From Parachlamydiales bacterium (GTDB lineage: Bacteria; Chlamydiota; Chlamydiia; Chlamydiales; JAJFMK01): a stretch of 64,000 nt of DNA. A program made the translations under genes and the position numbers. The stretch spans positions 160,001 through 224,000 of the forward strand of contig CAVXVG010000027.1 in NCBI GenBank assembly GCA_963765145.1, given 5' to 3'. Below, piece by piece: positions 51,442 through 60,146 of the stretch (position 1 is the stretch's first letter; the number at the start of each line of letters is the position of its first letter). The notes under the pieces were generated by a model. The model saw nothing but the letters and a program-made list of their open reading frames with translations. It made no database searches and had not been told where the DNA came from.

Positions 51442-52967
51442 CTGGCAGCTAGTTCTGAATCGATGGAAAAGCTAGAAAATTTGAATTTACCATGCTCTTT
51501 AACATCCTCTGGTTTATTCATAACCACGGTGAATTTTCCTACAATGACGACTCCATCTTTTTGTACGGTCGTTGTTGCGCCGTCAGCTTCTTGCATAAGG
51601 CTTAAGGGACAGCTTACTTCGACATCCACACTTTCAATTTTACCTTCTGCATTTCTATTGATGGTAATGTGACTGATGTTTTTTTCCTGACGTGCTGACA
51701 TCCCTTGCTTTCCAACGGCTTCGTTGATTAACGATTGTTCTCCCAGCATCATCCCATTGATAGCTGTTTGAGTTCCTAAGTAGAGGAGAGCTGACTCCCA
51801 ATCTGGGTCAGACTTAGCAATTTCGGCCATATCCTTTGTCTGACCAACCTCTTTTCCTTTCTCGTAGATATGAGCATCTACTCGATCTGCATCTGATGCA
51901 TTCTGAGCTCGTGCGTTTTCCAAAGGGTTATAGTTTGGATCGCTTTCCAAAGGTTCATCATTAAGATATCCCATGAGGGCTCCTTCACCTGCTTTATGAA
52001 ACTGAGTCCTTCGTTCGACGATCTCAGGATTCGTTCTCATTTCAGAAAATTCGTGTTTAAAAAGATGGAGTTGAAGATCTTTTAAGTCAGGGAATGCAGG
52101 AAGAACGTTATTCAACACATCCTCAGAATTTTTCATCAGTAACACCAGGTGGTCATAAGGAGGGGTGTCTTTCCCCTTCAGTAAAGCAGGAATAAATGAA
52201 CCGATTAAAGCGCTTGAGTTAGGTTTAAACGAGATGATCAATTCCAGAGCGGCTTTGGGATCTGGGTTGTCGGTCAGCAATATTTCCAACGTAGCTGGGG
52301 TTAAGATATTTTGTGCAATTTCCAAGTGCCCCGCTTCAACTTTGTTTTTACGGATAAGTGATTCTTCGACCCGCTGCCGAAGCGGTTCTAGTTCCTCTGG
52401 AGGTTTGCCAAGTTCTTTTGCTAAGGCATAGCTGTCTACAAGATTTTCAACAGAGGCAGCTGGATCAAAGGGAATTTTAGTCTCTAATTGTCTTTTTAAA
52501 GGCTCCAAATTTCTGGACTTCATCTTGGTTCTAGTGGCTTGCTGAAGGATTTCTCGGCCAACTCCCGGTGAAAGCCCTTCAGGAAGCTCTCCGGTTTCTC
52601 TAAAAGCATCTAAATGCTTAAGCGCCTCTTGCGAAGTAGGCGAGCCCATTTTTACAAGGATTCGATTACAAGCTTTTTGAAAGGATTTACTCACGGCGCC
52701 TTTGACCTGTTCCGTAGAGGCAGCAACGGTTTTACCAATTTCTTTAGCAGATGAGACGAATTCCTGCTTATTGAAGATCCGATTATAGAGCTTTGAAACA
52801 AATCCACCGCTTTCCTTGCTTGTTTGATCTGTAAAAGAGGGTTCAGCAGTTGCTGCCTCTGCAGTTGAAGCTGTTTCTTTTAATGGACGTTGCTGTTGCA
52901 GAGTCTGAAGCTCAGAAATAGAATATGTTTGACCCAGAGTGAGTCCGGAGTCATGGACAGACGCCAT
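51438..52967 (-). CDS. Hypothetical protein, effector-like
   Basis: GAGGT RBS; starts MASVHDSG; low-complexity N-terminus; no Sec signal. Confidence 0.65.
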   Translation of the reverse strand: MASVHDSGLTLGQTYSISELQTLQQQRPLKETASTAEAATAEPSFTDQTSKESGGFVSKLYNRIFNKQEFVSSAKEIGKTVAASTEQVKGAVSKSFQKACNRILVKMGSPTSQEALKHLDAFRETGELPEGLSPGVGREILQQATRTKMKSRNLEPLKRQLETKIPFDPAASVENLVDSYALAKELGKPPEELEPLRQRVEESLIRKNKVEAGHLEIAQNILTPATLEILLTDNPDPKAALELIISFKPNSSALIGSFIPALLKGKDTPPYDHLVLLMKNSEDVLNNVLPAFPDLKDLQLHLFKHEFSEMRTNPEIVERRTQFHKAGEGALMGYLNDEPLESDPNYNPLENARAQNASDADRVDAHIYEKGKEVGQTKDMAEIAKSDPDWESALLYLGTQTAINGMMLGEQSLINEAVGKQGMSARQEKNISHITINRNAEGKIESVDVEVSCPLSLMQEADGATTTVQKDGVVIVGKFTVVMNKPEDVKEHGKFKFSSFSIDSELAAS

Positions 52968-53052
52968 AAAAAACAAACCTCTTATTTGTTTTCATTCTAC
53001 CACTCATTTATTAAACAAAACCCCTGACTTATTAACCCATTCTTAATAATAG

Positions 53053-53195
53053 GCGAAGCGTTTGGAGTGCGGAAGAGCGTTGTTACATAATTATTCGCTG
53101 GATAAAAATAAACACCCTTCGGGCGTTGTTTGTAGAGCGTCGTGTCTGGAATTTTAATTATGCAATAAGGCCGTTTCGCACTCCAAACGCTTCGC
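53053..53195. repeat. Family A with L arms, no B insert
   Basis: GCGAAGCGTTTGGAGTGCG...TTGTTACATAATT...AATTATGCAATAA...CGCACTCCAAACGCTTCGC. Confidence 0.88.
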
Positions 53196-53262
53196 GTATT
53201 GGGTAAAAACCTGACGGACAGTCTCTTATATTTAACGCATCATCTGGATTTTTAGGGCTCGC

Positions 53263-53546
53263 CGAAAATGGCTAGTTTGATGACCGTGTTAATGAACTGG
53301 TTACAGTGATTCTGAAAGGTCTTCAAAATGGCCGTTTGCAGGCAGCCCGTTAAAAAAAATCCAATTAAAGAGAGAAAAGGTTTTTTTACTGCCGAAGGTT
53401 GTATTCATCGTCTTGGGCGCCCTCAACGCTCGAAAGCGCCTCAGTTGAAAAAACGAAAACCTCAGGCTCTACTCCGTAGGCCAATGTCGATGTTTTATTC
53501 AAATGAGGCCTTTCGAGTGCTTGAGGTTCCAGCGCCCACTCCTTTT
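53263..53546. repeat. Composite family D element
   Basis: 53330-53426 matches 18377-18469 directly; 53415-53546 matches 19640-19782 in reverse. Confidence 0.85.
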
Positions 53547-53549
53547 TCT

Positions 53550-53936
53550 CTACGCAACTTTATGAATAACAAATGTGACGACGCCCCAGATTTGGTAGTC
53601 GATGTTGCTGGTAAGATGAATGGGTGGATAGGCGGGATTAGAAGCCCGCAGAGTAATTTTCTCTTTTTCGATGTGAAGCCTTTTGACGGTGAATTCGCCA
53701 TTGATAACGGCGACGACAATTTTGCCTGAGAGGGGCTCAAGGGCCTTATCGACAACAAGAATATCGCCCGTTGTGATGTGGTCCCCGATCATCGAATCCC
53801 CTACCACCTTCACGAAGAAGGTGGCTGCAGGGTGTTTGATCATGAATTGATTAAGATCCAGCCGGTCGTGTGCATAGTCCTCGACAGGCGCTGCAAAGCC
53901 TGCCGGGACCGATTCAAACAGGGGAATCGAGCTCAT
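53550..53936 (-). CDS. umuD: UmuD-like S24 peptidase
   Basis: PAGF cleavage region, GDSM catalytic Ser, FTVKRL catalytic Lys; no DNA-binding domain. Confidence 0.9.
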   Translation of the reverse strand: MSSIPLFESVPAGFAAPVEDYAHDRLDLNQFMIKHPAATFFVKVVGDSMIGDHITTGDILVVDKALEPLSGKIVVAVINGEFTVKRLHIEKEKITLRASNPAYPPIHLTSNIDYQIWGVVTFVIHKVA

Positions 53937-55591
53937 CAGTCTTTCATCGATAGGAGGAACTCGATGTTGTTATTAGTCTTTTTAAGACGGCTAACAAGCA
54001 AGTTCATCGCATCGAGAGGGGACAAGTCAGCAAGTGCCTGACGAACGAGATAAATTTTTTCCAACTCGTTCGGGTGGTAAAGCAACTCTTCTTTCCTTGT
54101 TCCGCTTTTGATCAAGTCGATAGCAGGGTAGACCCTTCTATCGGCTAAGCGACGATCTAAGAACAGTTCCATGTTGCCTGTCCCTTTGAACTCTTCAAAG
54201 ATAACCTCGTCCATTCTGGAGCCTGTTTCGATCAGGGCGGTAGCAATGATGGTTAAAGAACCCCCTTGCTCTACGTTTCTGGCAGATCCAAAGAAACGCT
54301 TAGGTTTGTGCAAGGCATTGGCATCGACACCACCACTCAAAATCTTCCCGGAATGGGGTTGAACGGTGTTGTAAGCCCTGGCCAAACGGGTCAAGTTGTC
54401 GAGAAGGATGACAACATCATGCTTGTACTCAACAAGACGGCGAGCCTTTTCAATGGCCATTTCGGCTACTTGGACGTGACGCTCAGGCGGTTCATCAAAA
54501 GTGGAGGAGATCACCTCGCCTTTGACGATCCGGTGCATGTCGGTCACCTCTTCAGGACGCTCGTCGATCAGCAGCACGATCAAAACGACTTCAGGGTTGT
54601 TTTGAGCAATAGAGTTGGCAATGTTTTGCAAAATAATGGTTTTACCGGAGCGTGGCGGCGCTACGATCAACCCCCTTTGACCTTTCCCAATAGGGGCGGC
54701 CAAATCTAACACCCTCATAGAGAGAACGTCTTTTGTCGTCTCCATCACAATCCGTTCGTCAGGATATAGAGGCGTTAAGTTTTCAAAACTGACCCTTTCT
54801 TTAGCCTTTTCCGGCGGCAGACCATTCATTTTGTCTACTTTCAGAAGGGCAAAATACTTTTCCTTTTCCTTAGGAGAGCGGATGGTTCCGGAAACGCTAT
54901 CCCCCCTTTTTAAGTCGAAACGGCGGATCTGCGCAGGAGATATGTAGATATCTTCAGGAGAAGAGAGATAGTTGTAGTTGGGAGAACGGAGGAAGCCAAA
55001 GCCGTCTGGCAAAACTTCTAAGACACCTTCGCCGTAAAGCACCTCTTCAGGGTCTTCGGCCAAAAACCGCACAATGTCGAAAACCATTTGAGATTTCGAT
55101 AAAGAGCCTAAATGTTTGAGGTCTAAAGTTTTTGCATAATCATTTAGCTGCTCGATCGACATCCTTTGGATATCGGCGATATTGATCATACGAGCGGGAG
55201 CGGAGAAAGGGGTCGTATCGGCTTCGTCAAGTTCAGCTTCTTGCGGCTGGTTCCGTTGCTGTTGATGGTAGCGCTGTTGCTGCTGCTGCTGCTGCCGTCT
55301 TTCTTTGTTGTAACCTTGGCTTTGGTTGCTTTGGCTATTTTGATTTTGGTTTTGGTTCCGATTCTTTTGTCGATAGGCTCCAGATCGATCAGATCTGTCC
55401 TGTCGCTCTTGATGCCGCTCGGGCCTGTCCTGTCGTTCTTGAGTTTTTTCTTGGCTTCGCTCTTGAGACCGCTCTTGATTTCGCTCCGGAGGTTGCGCTT
55501 GTTTTTGTTCGACAGATTCGGCCCGTTCAGTGCCTTCTTGGATAGGTGCAGGTTTCACAGGTTCAGACTCTTGAGAAGATTCATTATTCAT
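53936..55591 (-). CDS. rho: Transcription termination factor Rho with Q/N/R-rich N-terminal extension
   Basis: [28 protein letters not shown]. Confidence 0.97.
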   Translation of the reverse strand: MNNESSQESEPVKPAPIQEGTERAESVEQKQAQPPERNQERSQERSQEKTQERQDRPERHQERQDRSDRSGAYRQKNRNQNQNQNSQSNQSQGYNKERRQQQQQQQRYHQQQRNQPQEAELDEADTTPFSAPARMINIADIQRMSIEQLNDYAKTLDLKHLGSLSKSQMVFDIVRFLAEDPEEVLYGEGVLEVLPDGFGFLRSPNYNYLSSPEDIYISPAQIRRFDLKRGDSVSGTIRSPKEKEKYFALLKVDKMNGLPPEKAKERVSFENLTPLYPDERIVMETTKDVLSMRVLDLAAPIGKGQRGLIVAPPRSGKTIILQNIANSIAQNNPEVVLIVLLIDERPEEVTDMHRIVKGEVISSTFDEPPERHVQVAEMAIEKARRLVEYKHDVVILLDNLTRLARAYNTVQPHSGKILSGGVDANALHKPKRFFGSARNVEQGGSLTIIATALIETGSRMDEVIFEEFKGTGNMELFLDRRLADRRVYPAIDLIKSGTRKEELLYHPNELEKIYLVRQALADLSPLDAMNLLVSRLKKTNNNIEFLLSMKD

Positions 55592-55595
55592 GTTT

Positions 55596-56159
55596 TTAAT
55601 GTTCCAATAAGATCTTGAAAAGAAGGGAGGCTTCTTTTTTTAGATCATCAAGGGACCCCCTGTTCAAAAGAACAATGGAGCTCCGGTTTGCTTTTTCTTT
55701 GGAGGAGAGTTGCCGTGCTACTCTTTCCTCAAAATGGGTGATGTCGCGAGCAGAACTTGACCGGATCACAGTCACCGTTTGGTCAAAGGTTTTATCTGCG
55801 CCCGCTTCAAACAGAAGGGGGATTTCTGCGACAAAAATATTACAGTCCTTCGTCTCTGAAAAACAGCGGTCGATCTCATTGAAAACCTTGGGATGTAAAA
55901 GGGCTTCTAGCGCCTCTAATTTTTCCCGATTTCCAAAAACTTTTTCCGCTATTTTCTCCCTCGAAGGTTTTCCTCCGACGAAAACATCAGCACCCAGTAA
56001 TCGTTCAAGCTTTTGGTGAATGTCTTGGTCATGGAGAAGAAGATGGTGAACTATTTGATCGGCACTTACTGTTACTGCACCGAGAGCATCAAGAAATTGG
56101 CAAAGAGCGCTTTTACCAGAGGCAACAAGCCCAGTAACTGCAACTTTTGTTACTTTCAT
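55596..56159 (-). CDS. coaE: Dephospho-CoA kinase
   Basis: [27 protein letters not shown]. Confidence 0.93.
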   Translation of the reverse strand: MKVTKVAVTGLVASGKSALCQFLDALGAVTVSADQIVHHLLLHDQDIHQKLERLLGADVFVGGKPSREKIAEKVFGNREKLEALEALLHPKVFNEIDRCFSETKDCNIFVAEIPLLFEAGADKTFDQTVTVIRSSSARDITHFEERVARQLSSKEKANRSSIVLLNRGSLDDLKKEASLLFKILLEH

Positions 56160-56160
56160 A

Positions 56161-58804
56161 CTAGCATTCTTTCCAATTTTTGCCAACGTTGACTTCTACG
56201 GTTAAAGGAACAGAGAGAGAAAAGGCCCCTTCCATCTCTTCTTTTAAAAGGGCAGTCATTACTTCAAGTTCGGTATCTGGTACTTCAAACACAAGTTCAT
56301 CGTGGATTTGAAGCAGCATCATCGAGTGCAGCCCCTCTTTTTTCAGCCTTTTATCAATGGCAATCATCGCAATCTTGATCAGGTCAGCTTGGCTGCCTTG
56401 CAGAGGAGTATTGACCGCCAGCCTCTCAGCCGCCTGCCGAATTTGAGCATTGGGGTTGTGGATGTCGGTGATCTTCCGCTCTCTTCCCACCATCGTTCGA
56501 GCATAGCCGGTTCTTCTGGCCTCTTCTTTCGACCTTTCAAGATAATCTTTTACTTTGCTGTACCGTTCGAAGTAAAGCTGAATAAATTTATCGGCCTCTT
56601 TAACGCTGATGTTTAGCTCTCGAGATAGTCCAAACGCTTGCTGCCCATAGATAATGCCAAAATTGACCGCTTTGGCCCTGCTTCTCATCTCAGGCGTCAC
56701 CTCTTCAGGAAAAATATTCATCAAAGCGGCAGCTGTCCGGCGGTGGATGTCTCCCCCTTCTCGAAAGGCTTGTAAAAGGAGCGGATCTTGAGAGAAATGG
56801 GCTAGCAACCGCAGTTCAATCTGCGAGTAGTCGGCCGAGACAAACGACCATCCCTCCTTTTTGGGGCGGAAAAGCTGACCGGATCTCTTTTCCTAACGGA
56901 TTTCTAATCGGAATATTTTGCAGATTGGGATCTTGGCACGAAAGGCGTCCTGTTGCCGCGACCGATTGGTTAAAGGTGCAGTGGATCCTTCCTGTTTTTG
57001 GGTGGATGGCCAGCGGAAGCGTGTCGATGTAGGTCGAACGGAGTTTTTCAAGCGTACGGTATTCCAAGATCAAAGGGATCATTGGGTGCTTATCTTCTAG
57101 AAGCTCGAGCACCTCGGCATTGGTCGAAAAGCCTGTCTTGGTCTTTTTTGGAGGAGAAATTTGCAATTTTTCAAAAAGAATTTCTGAAAGCTGTTTAGGA
57201 GAATTCAGGTTAAAGGGTTCTCCTGCCAGATGAAAAATGGTCTCTTCTAACGACTTTGAGGCACTTTTTACCTTTTCCCCAAGTTCAGATAATACCGCTG
57301 TGTCTACGTAGATCCCCGTTTCTTCCATTTCTGCTAAAACAGGAATTAAGGGCAATTCTACTGTTTGATAAAGGGAGGTCAAATGGCGCGTTTCAAGTTC
57401 TTTTGAGAAAAGATCTTGCAGTTTGAGGGTCACCTCAACATCTTCAGCGCAATAGTCGGCAACCTTTTCAATCGCAACTTCTGCCATCGTGATGGAGCCG
57501 GCCCCTTTTCCAATCAACGAATGGATGGGGATTTTAGCCAGATCCAGGTGCTTAAGCGCAAGGGCATCCAAGTTGTGTTGCCGTTCATCGGCCTGAATGA
57601 CATAGGAGGCTACCATCGTGTCAAAAAAAGGCATTTTGGTTTGAATGCCAAGCCCTTTTAAGATGTGGATGTCATACTTGATGTTGTGCCCCACTAAAGA
57701 TTTGCTTTCTAAAAGGGGCTTTAAAAGAGAAACAACCCTCTCCTTGGGCAAAGCTCCATTGAGGGGGACATACCAGATATGGTTTTCGTCTACTCCAAGG
57801 CCAATGCCAACTGCTTCTGCCAAAAAAGGGTGTTCTGAAGTGGTTTCGGTATCGACAGTAAAAGATTCGTAAGACGAGAGCTGTTCGATCACATTGCGTA
57901 GCTCGTCTTCTGTTTGGATGATTGTTGCCGTTTTGGGTGCAGCAGCAGGTTGTGTGGGTTCAAGATCGGCAAGAAGAGTCCGAAAAGCATGGGTGGTATA
58001 AAGCTCTTTTAACCCTCGGGGATCGTGCGGGCCAATTTCGTAAAAAGAGAGCTCTTTAGGAATGTCCAAATCGCTTTGCAACTCGATCAGTTTTCTGCTC
58101 AACCTAAGTTGATCGAGATTGTTTCGAATGGCTTCTCCTCTTTTCCCTTTGATGTTGTCAAGGTTGGCAACAATGCCATCGATCGAACCATATAGGCCGA
58201 TCAGCTCTTGAGCCCCTTTTGGCCCAATTCCCGGCACTCCGGGGACATTGTCACTGGCGTCGCCCAAGATGGCTAGATAATCGCCGATTTTTTCTGCAGC
58301 CAGTCCATAGGTATCGACAATCCCTTGCGGGTCTAAAATCAGGTTTTCTTTAAAGACATTCAAAATCGAAATCGAAGGAGATACCAGCTGAGCCATATCC
58401 TTGTCGCTTGTGCAAAGGTAGGTTTCGATCCCTTGTTCTTTTGCCCACAAAGCTATGGCGGCCATTGTGTCGTCTGCTTCGACCCCTTCTAGTGTAAGCG
58501 TTGACAGACCTTTGAGGCGGCAAAAGTCTCGCGTCCAATCAAATTGGGGTAGAAGGTCGCTGGGTGTTTCTCCCCGATTTTCTTTATAGGCCGGATAAAG
58601 AGCTTTTCTGCTTCTGTCATTATGAGGACCATCAAAAACGATGACGAGATGTTGAGGAGAAAAATCTTTGATCAGCTTATTGACAGAGCGGATAAACCCA
58701 AACAGGGCATTGGTCGAAGCGCCTTGGGGGTTTGTCATCCGCCCTATCGCATGATAGGAGCGGAAAATAAACCCCATGGCGTCTACAACAAAAAGCTTAC
58801 TCAC
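56161..58804 (-). CDS. polA: DNA polymerase I (one extra base near 56869-56872; probably an assembly error)
   Basis: 5'-3' exonuclease (EADD, GDASDNVPGVPGIGPK), DTETT, TGRLSC..PNLQNIP; after the shift ADYSQIELR, AKAVNFG, QIHDE. Confidence 0.93.
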
Positions 58805-59841
58805 GGAGTCCACAACCATAAGGTTTGGCGGCTTAACCGTGACGAAGGAGGAATGATTCCAAACGATTCTAAGAAAAGATCGGTGATCGATTTGCTTTCG
58901 GTGTTAAACAGTTCTTTGACCCAGTTTTTCTTTTCCAAACTGACCACATAGACTTTTTCCGGATCAAGTCCTGCCTTCTCGGCCAACGCCCGGAGGGCTG
59001 AGTGTTTATCTTTTCCGACTACGTCAAGGTAGCCAAGATCTAAAGCTTGATGAGCAGCGTAAACTTGCGCGCCGTAGTCGTTGATCAGTTTTTCTTTCAA
59101 TAAGCGTGGTCGTGCTGTCGTCACAATGTTGACAAAGTCTTCGTAATGGGCATCGACAATGGGTTGTAGAGACTCTTTATCAGCTTTTCCCCAAGGGCGG
59201 TAAGGGTTCAAGATGTCTTTATCTTTCCCTGCTGTGTAGGTGATCGATTCAAGCCCTAAAGTTTCCATCGGTTTTGCGACGTTAAACTGGGTCGGGATAA
59301 GTGTGCCGATACTGCCAATGATGCTGGGTTGAGTGGCCCAGATTTCATCTGCTGCCGCTGCAATATAAAAGCCACCGCTTGCTGCCATTCCATCTACAAA
59401 GGCAATCACAGGGATTTTCATCTCCTCTTTGTAGCGCATAATCGCTCTGTAGATGCCATCAGAGTCAACAGATCCACCGCCGGGAGAGTTAATGTGAAGC
59501 AGAAGGGCTTTGACCCTTTTGTCCTTCAAGTCCCCTTCTTTAGACTCTTGCAAAAGCTCTGCGATGCTTTCACGATCCAGGTTCTTCTCTCCAATGACTC
59601 CGTTGATCACCAGCTCTAAAATGACAGGGCTTGATTCGTCCAGCACACTCCGTTTTCCCTGTAGGTTGGGCAATACTTTGAGTTTAGCTGTCTTGTTAAT
59701 CTCTTCATCGCCTTTGGTGTCAAAAGTGAGAAGAAGCAGCACTAGAAACAGGCCAATGACAATGCCTATGACTCCCATAAAAGTTTTTACGAAAGAGCGT
59801 AGGGCAACAGAAAAAATAGAAAGAGGGCGGTTTTCAGACAT
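58801..59841 (-). CDS. sppA: S49 family signal peptide peptidase (SppA/SohB)
   Basis: INSPGG, AASGGFYIA, GSIG. Confidence 0.9.
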   Translation of the reverse strand: MSENRPLSIFSVALRSFVKTFMGVIGIVIGLFLVLLLLTFDTKGDEEINKTAKLKVLPNLQGKRSVLDESSPVILELVINGVIGEKNLDRESIAELLQESKEGDLKDKRVKALLLHINSPGGGSVDSDGIYRAIMRYKEEMKIPVIAFVDGMAASGGFYIAAAADEIWATQPSIIGSIGTLIPTQFNVAKPMETLGLESITYTAGKDKDILNPYRPWGKADKESLQPIVDAHYEDFVNIVTTARPRLLKEKLINDYGAQVYAAHQALDLGYLDVVGKDKHSALRALAEKAGLDPEKVYVVSLEKKNWVKELFNTESKSITDLFLESFGIIPPSSRLSRQTLWLWTP

Positions 59842-59860
59842 AATCAGCCATTATACGACC

Positions 59861-60055
59861 TTGTTACATAATTAACCACTCCAGGCAGCGAGATTATAAG
59901 AGAAAGATTGTGACAGAGAATCGGTCTACATAATGTAGCTTAGACTTTAGTCTGAGCTCGTTTTGCTGGACTTTAGTCCTGCTGAAATCTTGCGGGTTAA
60001 AACCCACAAAAACGAACTCAGGCTTAAAGCCTAAGCTACATTAATTTTGCAAGAA
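59861..60055. repeat. L-like arms enclosing family B (59934-60040)
   Basis: TGTAGCTTAGACTTTAGTCTGAG...CTCAGGCTTAAAGCCTAAGCTACA, nearly identical to 5827-5932. Confidence 0.88.
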
Positions 60056-60146
60056 ATAAGATGGAGGTCAAATTTCGATAAATTTCTTTATAAGAAATTT
60101 ATCATTCCTACATTTTTCCGTTCCATTCTCAAGGCAGAGGTGAAAA

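Noticed and set aside
53328..53729. 133-aa plus-strand ORF and other short shadow ORFs
   Set aside because: It spans a family D repeat and the antisense of umuD; no coding features.
53550..53936. LexA repressor
   Set aside because: No N-terminal DNA-binding domain; size and motifs fit UmuD.
56808..56880. Programmed frameshift or natural split of polA
   Set aside because: A single extra base in a 4-nt run just before motif A; an assembly error is simpler, and ygfA shows a similar indel.
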